Shown here in pieces: positions 1 through 12,204 of a stretch of DNA of 64,000 bases; the first letter of the stretch is position 1; the number at the start of each line of letters is the position of its first letter. This DNA comes from Spirochaetia bacterium. Its GTDB lineage: Bacteria; Spirochaetota; Spirochaetia; SZUA-6; Bin103. The notes under the pieces were generated by a model. The model was not told where the DNA came from. It worked only from the letters and a program-made list of their open reading frames with translations, and did not search any database. The translations under genes and the position numbers were made by a program. The stretch spans positions 160,001 to 224,000 of the forward strand of contig CBDATQ010000001.1 in NCBI GenBank assembly GCA_965199955.1, given 5' to 3'.

Positions 1-879
1 CACGACGGCCGCTTCGGGCCGTTCGTCTACGGGATCGAGCGCAGCATCGACCCGAAGACGCTGCTGAAGATCTACGAGCCGGACCGCGAGCACGTCATCC
101 CGTTGCGGTTCTTCGCCTCGGGCGAGCCGTACAAGCTGTTCGGGCTGTTCGAGACCGACGTGCACCTCTTCGGCGTGGACGAGGGGGTCGTGTCCATCCT
201 CGGCACGGACCGTCAGGGGCGCGACATGTTCACCCGCATCGTTTTGGGAAGCCAGATCTCCCTGACCATCGGGCTGATCGGGGTCGTGCTGAGCCTGTTC
301 CTGGGATCGGTGCTGGGGGTGGCGTCCGGCTACTACGGCGGCGCGATCGACAACCTCATCCAGCGCGTGATCGAGCTCGTGCGGTCGTTTCCGTCGATCC
401 CGCTGTGGATGGCGCTGTCGGCGGCGCTCCCCCTGACCTGGCCGCAACTGCGCATTTACTTCGCGGTCACGCTGATCCTGTCGCTGATCGGCTGGACCTG
501 GCTGGCGCGACAACTTCGCGGCAAGGTCCTGTCGCTTCGCTCCGAGGACTTCGTGCTGGCCGCCAAGATGGCGGGCGCCGGCGACCGGCGGGTGATCTTC
601 AAGCACCTGATCCCGGCCACGCTGGGCCATATCATCGTCGTATCCACCCTGGCCATGCCGAGCATGATCCTGGGCGAGACCGCCCTGAGCTTCCTGGGCC
701 TGGGCCTGCAGCCGCCGCTGACGAGCTGGGGCGTGCTGCTTCAGGAGGCGCAGAACATCCAGTCCATCGCCGTGTACCCGTGGGTGTTCACGCCCGCGAT
801 CTTCATCGCTGCGGCGATCCTGGCATTCAACTTCCTGGGCGACGGGATGCGCGATGCAGCCGATCCGTACACCAGTTGA
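1..879 (+). CDS. Dipeptide/oligopeptide ABC transporter permease (DppC/OppC family), 5'-partial
   Basis: Frame open from base 1; ILGTDRQGRDMFTRI, EAA-like EDFVLAAKMAGA, AFNFLGDGMRDAADP. Confidence 0.95.
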   Translation, partial: HDGRFGPFVYGIERSIDPKTLLKIYEPDREHVIPLRFFASGEPYKLFGLFETDVHLFGVDEGVVSILGTDRQGRDMFTRIVLGSQISLTIGLIGVVLSLFLGSVLGVASGYYGGAIDNLIQRVIELVRSFPSIPLWMALSAALPLTWPQLRIYFAVTLILSLIGWTWLARQLRGKVLSLRSEDFVLAAKMAGAGDRRVIFKHLIPATLGHIIVVSTLAMPSMILGETALSFLGLGLQPPLTSWGVLLQEAQNIQSIAVYPWVFTPAIFIAAAILAFNFLGDGMRDAADPYTS

Positions 880-895
880 CCGGCGGGCGGACGCG

Positions 896-2969
<2,074 letters not shown>

Positions 2970-2976
2970 CGCCGGC

Positions 2977-3370
2977 TCAGCCGGATGCCAGCCCGGTGCC
3001 GAGGCGGCGGGTGAGCGCCGCGATCGGGGCGGTGACGACCACCTCCACCGGCGGCGGCGATCCCTCCACGCGGCGGATCAGGTCGAGCGCGGTGACGGCC
3101 AGCACGATGCGGTCGGCGGCATCCGCGATGGGCACCACCTGGAGCCCCGCCTCGCCGCCCTCTCCGCCGGCCGGTCATCTCGATGAAGATCGCCTCCAGC
3201 GTGGCCTCTTCCGTGTGCACGGTGACCAGCTCCGGAGCGCTGAGTGCGGCGCCGTTCGGCCCCAGGAAGCCGAGCACCTCTCCCGGAGCCACCTCGAAGC
3301 TGACGCCCCGTACGACCTGCACGTCGCCGTAGGAGTACTGCAGGTCGCGAACCTCGATCGCTGCGCCCAT
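2977..3370 (-). pseudogene. Collapsed ABC-2-type transporter remnant (internally deleted ATPase plus probable permease fragment)
   Basis: MGAAIEVRDLQYSYG..VVRGVSFEV..GEVLGFLGPNGA stops mid-Walker A and joins a typical C-terminal tail (TEEATLEAIFIEMTGR); a second-frame fragment ends at TGA 2977-2979. Confidence 0.7.
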
Positions 3371-3444
3371 GTCACGCGACTCCTCGCCGGCGCTCGCCGT
3401 GCGGGCACCGTACCGGAGACGAGTATCCACCGTATGCTGTCGGC

Positions 3445-3870
3445 GTGGAACCCGTCACCGACCGGCCGACCTTCGATCCGCATTGCTTCTGTTGCGGGGA
3501 GTCCAACGCGCAGGGTCTGAAGCTGAGTTACCGCTATCCGCAGCCCGGAGAGGCCAGCACGTCGTTCACGATCCCCGACCACTTCACCGGCTGGAAGGAC
3601 GTCGTGCACGGCGGCCTGCTGGCGATGGTGCTGGACGAGACGATGGCGCACGCCTGCGCCAGCAAGGGGCTGAACGGCTTCACGGGCGAAATCTCCGTTC
3701 GCTTCCGGCAGCCGGTACGGGTCGGCACGGTGGTGGCGGCGGCCGGACGTATCCGGTCCGAGCGGCGCCGCGTGGTGACGACCGAGGCGCAACTCACCGC
3801 TGGCGGCGCGACGATTGCCGAGGCGGAGGCGAGCTTCTTCGTGCCGCCCGAGTCCGCAGCGCCGGAATAG
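3445..3870 (+). CDS. PaaI-family hot-dog-fold thioesterase
   Basis: CFCCGESN.QGL and VHGGLLAMVLDE motifs. Confidence 0.9.
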   Translation: MEPVTDRPTFDPHCFCCGESNAQGLKLSYRYPQPGEASTSFTIPDHFTGWKDVVHGGLLAMVLDETMAHACASKGLNGFTGEISVRFRQPVRVGTVVAAAGRIRSERRRVVTTEAQLTAGGATIAEAEASFFVPPESAAPE

Positions 3871-3890
3871 CGCCTCGAAAAAGCCTGCGC

Positions 3891-6158
3891 TCAGTCCGGG
3901 CGGCTGGGGACATGCACGACCTCGCGCGCCTTGCTGCCCTGTGCAGGGCCGACGATGCCGCGTTCTTCCATCTCCTCGACCAGGCGGGCGGCCCGGTTGT
4001 AGCCGATCTTGAGCTTGCGCTGCAGGTAGGAGGCGGAAGCCTTGCCGGACGCCAGCACGATGTCGAGCGCCTGCTCCATCATCGGATCGTCCGAGCCATC
4101 GGCGACCGGCCCCTCCGGCTCCTCTTCTTCGAACAGCACGTCCTCGTCAATGTAGTCGGGCTGGCCCAGCGTACGGACGTGGTCGGCGACCGCCTCGACC
4201 TCCTCGTCGGACAGGTAGGCGCCCTGGATGCGGACCGGCGCCGGGTCCCACGCGGACGCGAACAGCAAGTCGCCTCGGCCGAGCAGCTTCTCCGCGCCGA
4301 CGCCGTCGATGATGATGCGCGAGTCGAACTTGCTGGCCACCATGAAGGCGATCCGGGACGGGATGTTGGCCTTGATCAGGCCGGTGATGACGTCGATCGA
4401 CGGCCGCTGCGTGGCCAGCACGATGTGCATCCCGACCGCGCGCGCCATGGCCGCCAGGCGCGCCAGGGTCGACTCCAGCTCCTTGCCGGTGGTGGCCATC
4501 AGGTCGGCCAGCTCGTCGATGATGATGACGATGTAGGGCAGCTTCTCTCCCTTGTTCTCGCCGGCCTTGCGGTTGAACGAGGCGACGTCGCGCACGCCCA
4601 CCTCGTCGAGCAGGGAGTAGCGCCGCTCCATCTCGAACAGGCAGTACTGCAGGGCCTGGAAGGCGCGCTTCGGTTCCGTGATGACCGGGGTCAGAAGGTG
4701 CGGGATGTCGTTGTAGAACTTGAGCTCGACGATCTTGGGGTCGATCAGCAGCAGCCGGACCTGCTCCGGCGTGCGCGCGCAGATCAGGGAGCAGATGATC
4801 GAGTTGACGCATACCGACTTGCCGGACCCGGTGGCGCCGGCGATCAGCAGGTGCGGAGTCTGCGCCAGGTCCATGATCTGGCACTCGCCGGCGATTCCCT
4901 GCCCGAGGGCGATGGGCAGGCTGTTGGACTTGGAGCGGAAGTCCTTGTGCGCAAGCAGCGTGCGGAAGCCGACGATGGCGCGGGTCCGGTTCGGCACCTC
5001 GATGCCGACCGCGTGCTTGCCGGGGATCGGCGCGACGATGCGCACGCGCGAGGCGGCGAGCTGCAGGGCGATGTTGTCGGCCAGATTGACGATGGAGGAG
5101 AGCTTCACGCCCGCGGCGGGCAGGATCTCGTACATCGTGATCGCCGGTCCGCGGCTGATGCCGGTGACCTTGGCGCTGATGCGGAACTCCTGCAGCGTCT
5201 CGGTGAGCACCTCGGCATGCTGCTCCGCTTCCGCCTGCAACTCCCGGTCGGGACGGTTGCGGTGCTCGTCCAGCAGCCGGTCGATCGGTACGTGATAGCC
5301 GCTGTTCGCCGGCGTGTCGCGGCCGCCGGTGCGGGGGCGGCGCGACGCGGCGGGGCGCGGTCGTACGCGGCGGGGTGGTTCTTCCCCTGCCGGCTCGGGA
5401 GGAGCCGGCGAAGGCGCCGGCGGCTCGTCGTCGGCGGGCTCTCCGGCCAGGATCGCCGCGAACGGCTCCCTGCTCTGCAGAATCGCCGACTCGTCGTAGC
5501 CGTCGTCCTGACCGGACCGGCCGCCCTGGTCTGCCTGGTCGCCGGGTTCGGGGGAAAGTTCGCGCTCGGCCGCATGTTCCGACAGCCCTGCTGGCGCCGC
5601 ATCGGGCGGCGCCAGCAGGGCTGTCGGAACTCCCAGCCTGGGCGCGACACCGCTCAGCAGCACGACCGCCGCCGCGGCGGTGACCAGCAGGACCAGCAGC
5701 AGCAGCACGCTGGTGGGCCGGCCCAGGGCGTCGACGAGCGCTGCCGGCAGGGGCGGCGGCGGGTCGGTCAGGGTCAGGATGTGGGTGAGGGACGCCACGA
5801 TCGGGATGATGAGCGCCGCTACCGGCAACGCCACGTGCAGGGTCGGCACGCGCGCGTCGGCCGGCGCCCGGCCGACCGTATAGGCCACCACGTACAGGTA
5901 GACCGGTACCAGGATGGCCGCCCAGCCCAGGCTGCGTATCAGGAACGCCCCGGGGGCGAGCAGCAGCGCCGCTCCCGGCTGCAGGCGTAGCTGCTCCCCC
6001 GAGAACGCCTGCAGAACCGTCGACAGGCTCAGCACGCTGGCCGCCACCGCGGACGCGAGCGCCAGGACCCAGATCGGCCAGTCCGGCACCCGCTCCATCA
6101 CGCCGGTGCGGTCCTGTGTCTTGACGGACTCCGGCGTCGGATCGCGCGTAGCCAACAC
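3891..6158 (-). CDS. ftsK: DNA translocase FtsK/SpoIIIE
   Basis: N-terminal TM segments, HLLIAGATGSGKSV, IIDELADLM, LATQRPS, gamma domain LQRKLKIGYNRAARL; GGAGG-rich SD before GTG. Confidence 0.97.
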   Translation of the reverse strand: MLATRDPTPESVKTQDRTGVMERVPDWPIWVLALASAVAASVLSLSTVLQAFSGEQLRLQPGAALLLAPGAFLIRSLGWAAILVPVYLYVVAYTVGRAPADARVPTLHVALPVAALIIPIVASLTHILTLTDPPPPLPAALVDALGRPTSVLLLLVLLVTAAAAVVLLSGVAPRLGVPTALLAPPDAAPAGLSEHAAERELSPEPGDQADQGGRSGQDDGYDESAILQSREPFAAILAGEPADDEPPAPSPAPPEPAGEEPPRRVRPRPAASRRPRTGGRDTPANSGYHVPIDRLLDEHRNRPDRELQAEAEQHAEVLTETLQEFRISAKVTGISRGPAITMYEILPAAGVKLSSIVNLADNIALQLAASRVRIVAPIPGKHAVGIEVPNRTRAIVGFRTLLAHKDFRSKSNSLPIALGQGIAGECQIMDLAQTPHLLIAGATGSGKSVCVNSIICSLICARTPEQVRLLLIDPKIVELKFYNDIPHLLTPVITEPKRAFQALQYCLFEMERRYSLLDEVGVRDVASFNRKAGENKGEKLPYIVIIIDELADLMATTGKELESTLARLAAMARAVGMHIVLATQRPSIDVITGLIKANIPSRIAFMVASKFDSRIIIDGVGAEKLLGRGDLLFASAWDPAPVRIQGAYLSDEEVEAVADHVRTLGQPDYIDEDVLFEEEEPEGPVADGSDDPMMEQALDIVLASGKASASYLQRKLKIGYNRAARLVEEMEERGIVGPAQGSKAREVVHVPSRPD

Positions 6159-6250
6159 CTTCCCCTCCCCTCCTTATCGGCAGGCCGGCGCTGCCGGCTG
6201 AGAAGGTCTGCGGCGCGTGGAGAACCGTCGATCGGTTCCCGTGGGAGATC

Positions 6251-7060
6251 TCAGATGGTGCGGCCTACGAGCAGGCCGAAGGCGCCCAGCGGCAGCAGGT
6301 AGACCGCGAACCAGGCCAGCCGGTCGTGGTGCAGCACCGCCAGCAGAGCGCGCAGGCAGAGCGCTCCGGTCACCAGCGCGGCCGCGAACCCGACCGCCAG
6401 AGACGTGGCGCCGGTCTCGCGGATCAGACCGCGGGCGTCGCCGAGGGTCAGCGCCAGCGCGCCCAGCACGGCCGGCACCGACACCAGGAATGCCAGCGCG
6501 CCGGCGCGGCGGCGGCTCATCCCCCCGATCAGACAGGCCGCCACGGTGATGCCCGCGCGCGAGATGCCGGGCAGCACGGCGACCCCCTGCGCGACGCCCA
6601 CGGCGATGGCAAGCCAGAGCCCGGGCTCGCCGCCGTTCGGGGACTTCCGGCGCAGGCGGGTGGCAAGAAGGATCGCGGCGGTGGCGATGAACGCGACCGA
6701 CACCGCGGTGAGGGTACGGGCCGACGGCAGCAGGAAGCGGCTGACGATCAGGCCGACCACCGCGGTAGCGGCGGTGGCGGCCACGACCGCGGCGAGCAGG
6801 CGCAGGTCGTCGCGGTCGGCGGCGGCAACGCGGCCGGTGGCCAGGAGCGCTCCGGCGCGGAGCAGCGCGGCCAGCCGCCTGCGGAACTGCCAACAGATGA
6901 CGACGAGCGTCGCGACATGCAGCACCACGTCGAACAGCAGTGGCGGCTCGGCGATTCCCAGCCACGCACGCGCCACCACCAGGTGGCCGGAGCTGGAAAT
7001 CGGCAGGAACTCGGTGGCGCCCTGCAACAGCCCGAGCCCGACCGCCTCGACGATGCTCAT
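6251..7060 (-). CDS. uppP: Undecaprenyl-diphosphate phosphatase
   Basis: LGLLQGATEFLPISSSGHL, PGISRAGIT; ATG at 7060. Confidence 0.95.
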   Translation of the reverse strand: MSIVEAVGLGLLQGATEFLPISSSGHLVVARAWLGIAEPPLLFDVVLHVATLVVICWQFRRRLAALLRAGALLATGRVAAADRDDLRLLAAVVAATAATAVVGLIVSRFLLPSARTLTAVSVAFIATAAILLATRLRRKSPNGGEPGLWLAIAVGVAQGVAVLPGISRAGITVAACLIGGMSRRRAGALAFLVSVPAVLGALALTLGDARGLIRETGATSLAVGFAAALVTGALCLRALLAVLHHDRLAWFAVYLLPLGAFGLLVGRTI

Positions 7061-7710
7061 GGTGCGGTCCGTTCGGACAGCTCGACGGTCACCAGGTGGC
7101 GCTGGGCGCTCAGGCCAGGCACCCGGACCCGCTGCACCGCCGCGCGGAACGGCAGCGCCCGCAGCGCCGCGTCGATCGCCGCGCGCGTGCCGGCGTAGGC
7201 CAGCAGGCGCGGCGCCAGGCGTTCCCGGGCGACGGCGGCGGCCAGCTCGGGCAGGGGGGCGACCGCGCGCGCGGTGACCAGGTCGAAGCGTTCGCCGCCC
7301 GCGTGCGCGACGACGCGCGCGTTGACCAGCCGCAGGTGCGGGACGACCGCGGACAGGAACGCGCGGCGCTTCTCCGAGCGCTCGATCAGCGTGAAGGTCA
7401 GGCGCGGCAGCGCGATCGCCAGCGGGATGGCCGGCAGGCCCGCGCCCGACCCGAAGTCGGCGACCCGCCATCCGAGCCGCCGGACGACGGGCACCGCCGT
7501 CAGCGCGTCCAGCACATGGTGGGTGACGAGCTGCTCGCGGTCCGCCTTGACGAAGCCGTAGACCCGGTTCCAGCGGTCCAGCTCTGCCATGTACGCCGCC
7601 AGCACGCCCGCGTCGGCATCCACGCCGAGCGCCCGCAGGCCGGCGTCGAGCGCGTTCGGGGACCGATCCGGGCCGTCGCCGATCGACGTCGAGGCGATTG
7701 CGCCCCTCAT
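7057..7710 (-). CDS. rsmG: 16S rRNA m7G527 methyltransferase RsmG (GidB)
   Basis: HVLDAL, DFGSGAGLP, KRRAFL, VTARAV. Confidence 0.93.
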   Translation of the reverse strand: MRGAIASTSIGDGPDRSPNALDAGLRALGVDADAGVLAAYMAELDRWNRVYGFVKADREQLVTHHVLDALTAVPVVRRLGWRVADFGSGAGLPAIPLAIALPRLTFTLIERSEKRRAFLSAVVPHLRLVNARVVAHAGGERFDLVTARAVAPLPELAAAVARERLAPRLLAYAGTRAAIDAALRALPFRAAVQRVRVPGLSAQRHLVTVELSERTAP

Positions 7711-7947
7711 TCAAAGAGATGGCGGTACGGGCCGAATGCCAGCGGCTTGTGGTGCCTGTTCGCCGTTTCGCTGCTCCCCGGACACTCTTTTGCACAGTGT
7801 CGCCCCTTTGGCAACGACCATGAAACCGGATGCGATCGAGAGGTCGGACCGTTCGCATCGTCCACTGCCCGATGACGAAGCTCGGCTGAGCGGACTACCC
7901 TGAGCGGTGTCGGACCGCGACGCGCATTGGCCGCACCGGCAGAAGGG

Positions 7948-9741
7948 ATGGGCGTGAACACGGCGTATCCGCAGATACCCTACGGCTGGGCCGACTTCGA
8001 GGGGATGCGCCGCGAGCGTACCCTGTACGTCGACAAGACGCGCTTCCTGCACGACCTGGAACGGGAGCGGACCGCCTTCCTGATCCGCCCGCGGCGCTTC
8101 GGCAAGTCGTGCTGGGTGGCGCTGCTGGAGAGCTACTACGACCGCAACCGCGCCGACCGCTTCGAGGCGATCTTCGGCGGCACCGACATCGCGCGGCGGC
8201 CCACCGCCGACCGCCACCGCTACGTGATCCTGCGCTTCGACTTCTCCGCGTTCGACGATACCCTGGAGACCCTCCGCGAACGGTTCGAGACCTACTGCTT
8301 CATCAAGCTCCGCGCCGCGCTGGAACGAAATCAGGACCTGTTTCCGCAGCCGGTGATCGACCGCATCCTGGCCCACCCCGCCATCGACGGCAGACTGAAC
8401 GAACTGTTCGAGTACGTCGGCGAGCACGACGTCCCGCTGTACGTGCTGATCGACGAGTACGACAACTTCGCCAACACGATCCTGGCGCACCGCGGCGCGC
8501 AGGCGTACGAGTCGTTCACCCATGGCGGCGGCTTCTACCGCAACTTCTTCGCCACCCTCAAGGCCGGCGTCGGCCACGGCGGCGGCGTGGAGCGCCTGTT
8601 CGTCACCGGCGTGTCACCGATCACCATGGACGACGTGACCAGCGGCTTCAACATCGCCACCAACGTCAGCCTGATGCCGGAGTTCAACGAGGTGCTCGGC
8701 TTCACCGCCGCCGAGGTGCGCGCCATCCTGCAGACCTACCGCGACCACGGCGTGCTCGATCAGGACGTGGACGAGGCGATGGCCGTCATGGCCGAGTGGT
8801 ACGACGGCTATCGCTTCGCCAAGCGCGCGCACCAGCCCGTCTACAACACCGACATGGTGCTCTACTACGTCAAGGCGTCGGTTCCCGGACGCGGCAAACC
8901 GGACGATCTGATCGATACGAACGTGCGCATCGACTACGGCAAGTTGCGCCACCTGCTGACGGTCAACCGGCAGCTCAACGGCAACTTCGACCTGCTGCGC
9001 CACGTGATCGGCGAAGGCTGGGTGGACGGCGAGCTGCGCGACGGATTCCCGCTGGAGGAACTGGATCAGAGGGACAACTTCGTGTCGCTGCTGCACTACT
9101 TCGGGCTGCTGAGCATCCGCGAGGTGCGCGACGGCATGCCGCGGCTGGCGATTCCGAACCAGACGGTGCGGCGGCTGATGTACGGCTACCTGCGCGACGG
9201 CTACCGCGACGTGGGCCTGTTTGCGGTGGACCGGCACGCTTTCGGCCGGCTGGTGCACGAGATGGCGTACCGCGGCGCCTGGCGGCCGGTGCTGGAGTTC
9301 CTCAGCGACGCGATCGCCAGCCAGACATCGATCCGCGACTACATCGACGGCGAGAAGGTCATCCAGGGATTCCTGGCCGCCTACCTGAGCGGGACCGAGC
9401 ACTTCGTGTTCCACACCGAGCGCGAGCTGGGCGGCGGTTACGCTGACATCTGCCTGGAGCCGCACCTGCAGCGCTACGCCGGCATGCGCCACGGCTACGT
9501 GATGGAGTTGAAGTACCTGAAGCGCGGCGAGCCGGCCGGCGAGGCGCGCGTGGCGAAGGCGGCACGGGAGGCGGCGGCCCAGGTGCGGCGCTACGTGGCG
9601 GACGAGCGGCTGGCGCGCCAGTATCCGACGGTGCGGTTCACCGGCTTGGCGGTCGTGTTCCACGGCTGGGAGCTGACGCATGCCGAAGCCGTGTCCGGCC
9701 CCGCGCTGGATGAACCTCGTAACACTTCCGTCCGAAGTTGA
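7948..9741 (+). CDS. AAA-ATPase-like domain fused to C-terminal PD-(D/E)XK nuclease, copy 1
   Basis: IPYG..DF, YVDKT, Walker A RPRRFGKS, Walker B LIDEYD, C-terminal ADI.LEP...MELKY; start 7948 or 7954. Confidence 0.9.
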   Translation: MGVNTAYPQIPYGWADFEGMRRERTLYVDKTRFLHDLERERTAFLIRPRRFGKSCWVALLESYYDRNRADRFEAIFGGTDIARRPTADRHRYVILRFDFSAFDDTLETLRERFETYCFIKLRAALERNQDLFPQPVIDRILAHPAIDGRLNELFEYVGEHDVPLYVLIDEYDNFANTILAHRGAQAYESFTHGGGFYRNFFATLKAGVGHGGGVERLFVTGVSPITMDDVTSGFNIATNVSLMPEFNEVLGFTAAEVRAILQTYRDHGVLDQDVDEAMAVMAEWYDGYRFAKRAHQPVYNTDMVLYYVKASVPGRGKPDDLIDTNVRIDYGKLRHLLTVNRQLNGNFDLLRHVIGEGWVDGELRDGFPLEELDQRDNFVSLLHYFGLLSIREVRDGMPRLAIPNQTVRRLMYGYLRDGYRDVGLFAVDRHAFGRLVHEMAYRGAWRPVLEFLSDAIASQTSIRDYIDGEKVIQGFLAAYLSGTEHFVFHTERELGGGYADICLEPHLQRYAGMRHGYVMELKYLKRGEPAGEARVAKAAREAAAQVRRYVADERLARQYPTVRFTGLAVVFHGWELTHAEAVSGPALDEPRNTSVRS

Positions 9742-10282
9742 TCGAGTCGCACATCTGCGATCTCGTGGAATCGATCCCGATCACAGCTTCGATAGTACGC
9801 CGCTGAATCTTCGTACCCAAGATCCATGTCCGGCCTACAATTGAAAGCTCCCTACGGGATCGACTCTGCCCTCGTGAAGTTCTGAACCTCCCGGAAGAAA
9901 TCTGCCGCGCTCGACGGCGCCGAGTGCAGCTCGGGTTGCGGCATCGTCCAGTCACACTGGCGATGCCTGCGACGCTGCTCTCTGCAATGAAGGCCGCTGC
10001 TCTTCACCGACTCGGTTAGCATACAAAGACCGAGGGATACGACGATCCTCGGTGATCAAATCGTTCCTTGGTCGCCAAAATGCCTGCCACCGCGGCGGTT
10101 CGACGCTGAGCGCGCCATGCTCGGACCGATGGCGCGGGGAGATGCGAGGTGGATGGACGTGGACCTGATCGTCTCTCACCGAAGGAGCCTGCTATGGGCG
10201 GCACGCACGACCAGAATCAGCGGCATGACTGAACTTGAGCGCCCCTCCCGGAAGCGGTAGAGTGCCGGTGCAGGTTCTGGCT

Positions 10283-12040
10283 GTGGACGAGGTTCCCGCT
10301 TACCCGCGCATTCCCTACGGGCAGGCCGACTTCCGGCGCATCCGCCTGCGCAAGTGGCTGTACGTCGACAAGACGCGCTTCCTGCGGCGCCTGGAACGGG
10401 AGGACTACGTCTTCCTGATCCGCCCGCGGCGGTTCGGCAAGTCGCTGTGGGTGTCCCTGCTGGAGAACTACTACGACCGCTGGTGGGGCCACGAGTTCGA
10501 CGCCACCTTCGCCGACACCGACATCGGCCGCAACCCCACCGACGACCGCCACCGCTACGTGGTACTGCGTTTCAACTTCTCGATGGTCGACGATGCCCTG
10601 GAGACCCTGGAGGAACGCTTCGAGGGTCATTGCCACACGGAGCTCCGGGGGGCGTTGCGCCGGCATCCCGACCTGTTCCCGGAAGCGGCGCTCCGGGAGA
10701 TCCTCGCACCGCCGTCTATCACCGGGAAACTTGGCGAGCTGTTTCGCTACGCCGGTGACCACGACATCCCGCTGTACGTGCTGATCGACGAGTACGACAA
10801 CTTCGCCAACACCGTGCTGGCGCACCACGGCGCGGAGGCGTACCACTCCTTCACCCATGGCGGCGGCTTCTTTCGCAGCTTCTTCGCCACTCTCAAGGGA
10901 GGCACCGACCGCAGCGGCGGCGGCATCGATCGCCTGTTCATCACCGGGGTGTCGCCGGTGACCATGGACGACGTCACCAGTGGCTTCAACATCGGCACCA
11001 ACATCAGTCTGGAGCCGGACTTCAACGAGATGGTCGGCTTCACCGAGGCGGAAGTGCGGCGCCTGGTCGAGACCTACCGGGAGCGCGGCGTGTTCGCTCA
11101 GGACGTGGACGAAGCCATGGAACTGATGGGCGAGTGGTACAACGGCTACCGATTCGCACCGCAAGCGGACGCCGATCTGTACAACACCGACATGGTGCTC
11201 TACTACCTGAAGCACTCGATCCCGAACCGGGGCGTGCCGGACTACCTGATCGACACCAACGTGCGCATCGACTACGGCAAGCTGCGTCACTTGCTGGTGG
11301 TGGGGCGGCAACTCAACGGCAACTTCGACCTGCTGCGGGAGGTCATCGGCGAGGGGCGCAAAGACCTGCCGCGCATCCAGCCGAGCTTCCCGTTGAAGCA
11401 GCTCACCGACCGGCAGAACTTCCTGTCGCTGCTGCACTACTTCGGGCTGCTGAGCATACGCGCCGTGGTGGACGGCATGCCGCGGCTGGCGATCCCGAAC
11501 CAGACCGTGAAGCAGTTGATGTACGGGTACCTTCGCGACGGCTACCGGGACGTGGAGGCATTCCGGGTCGACCTTTTCCGGTTCGAGCAGTTGATGCTGC
11601 GGATGGCCAACCAGGGCGAGTGGCGGCCGGCATTCGAGTTCCTGGGCGAAGCGATCGCCGCGCAGACCGGGATTCGCGACTACATCGCCGGCGAGAAGAT
11701 CGTCCAGGGGTTCCTGGCGGCGTACCTGAGCGTGACCGACTTCTACGTGTTCCGGTCCGAGGCGGAGCTGGGGAAGGGACACGCGGACATCAGCCTGGAG
11801 CCGCTCGTGGCGCGCTTCCCTCACCTGCGGATCGGTTACCTGATCGAGTTGAAGTACCTGAAGCGCAGCGAGCCCGCGGACGACGCGGGCGTGGCGGCCG
11901 CGGTCAGCGATGCGAGAGCGCAACTGAGACGCTACCTGGCGGACGAGCGGCTGGCGCGGCAGTATCCGGGGGTGCGGTTCACGGGACTGGCGGTGGTGTT
12001 CCACGGCTGGGAGCTGGCGTTCTGCGACGCAGTGGCGTAG
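10283..12040 (+). CDS. AAA-ATPase-like domain fused to PD-(D/E)XK nuclease, copy 2
   Basis: Same motifs (RPRRFGKS, LIDEYD, ADISLEP, IELKY); colinear paralog of copy 1; start approximate. Confidence 0.9.
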   Translation: MDEVPAYPRIPYGQADFRRIRLRKWLYVDKTRFLRRLEREDYVFLIRPRRFGKSLWVSLLENYYDRWWGHEFDATFADTDIGRNPTDDRHRYVVLRFNFSMVDDALETLEERFEGHCHTELRGALRRHPDLFPEAALREILAPPSITGKLGELFRYAGDHDIPLYVLIDEYDNFANTVLAHHGAEAYHSFTHGGGFFRSFFATLKGGTDRSGGGIDRLFITGVSPVTMDDVTSGFNIGTNISLEPDFNEMVGFTEAEVRRLVETYRERGVFAQDVDEAMELMGEWYNGYRFAPQADADLYNTDMVLYYLKHSIPNRGVPDYLIDTNVRIDYGKLRHLLVVGRQLNGNFDLLREVIGEGRKDLPRIQPSFPLKQLTDRQNFLSLLHYFGLLSIRAVVDGMPRLAIPNQTVKQLMYGYLRDGYRDVEAFRVDLFRFEQLMLRMANQGEWRPAFEFLGEAIAAQTGIRDYIAGEKIVQGFLAAYLSVTDFYVFRSEAELGKGHADISLEPLVARFPHLRIGYLIELKYLKRSEPADDAGVAAAVSDARAQLRRYLADERLARQYPGVRFTGLAVVFHGWELAFCDAVA

Positions 12041-12134
12041 CAACCGATCACGGTCGTCCGGGGTCGCTCTCTCATCTGGCGCGCTACCGCGTAAAGTTTC
12101 TCAAGGTTGCAGGCCGGCGCGACCGATTACATTG

Positions 12135-12171
12135 AATGGGGCCTCCGTCGGTAATATCCGACGGCCTCATT
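12135..12171. terminator. Stem-loop between convergent genes
   Basis: CCGTCGG-taatat-CCGACGG core with outer AATGGGGCC/GGCCTCATT arms; no U-tract. Confidence 0.45.
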
Positions 12172-12204
12172 GAGCGGCGCGTTATGGAAGTGCCGGTCAG
12201 TCGG

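Noticed and set aside
3369..5990. 873-aa plus-strand ORF and other long antisense or alternate-frame ORFs (e.g. 51484-54624, 55190-57520, 12136-14091)
   Set aside because: Shadow ORFs of real genes in high-GC DNA; Arg/Gly/Ala-rich text without motifs
7781..7863. Inverted repeats GACACT/AGTGTC and GATGCGA/TCGCATC between rsmG and ATPase copy 1
   Set aside because: Short, single occurrences; cannot be assigned to a regulator or RNA family
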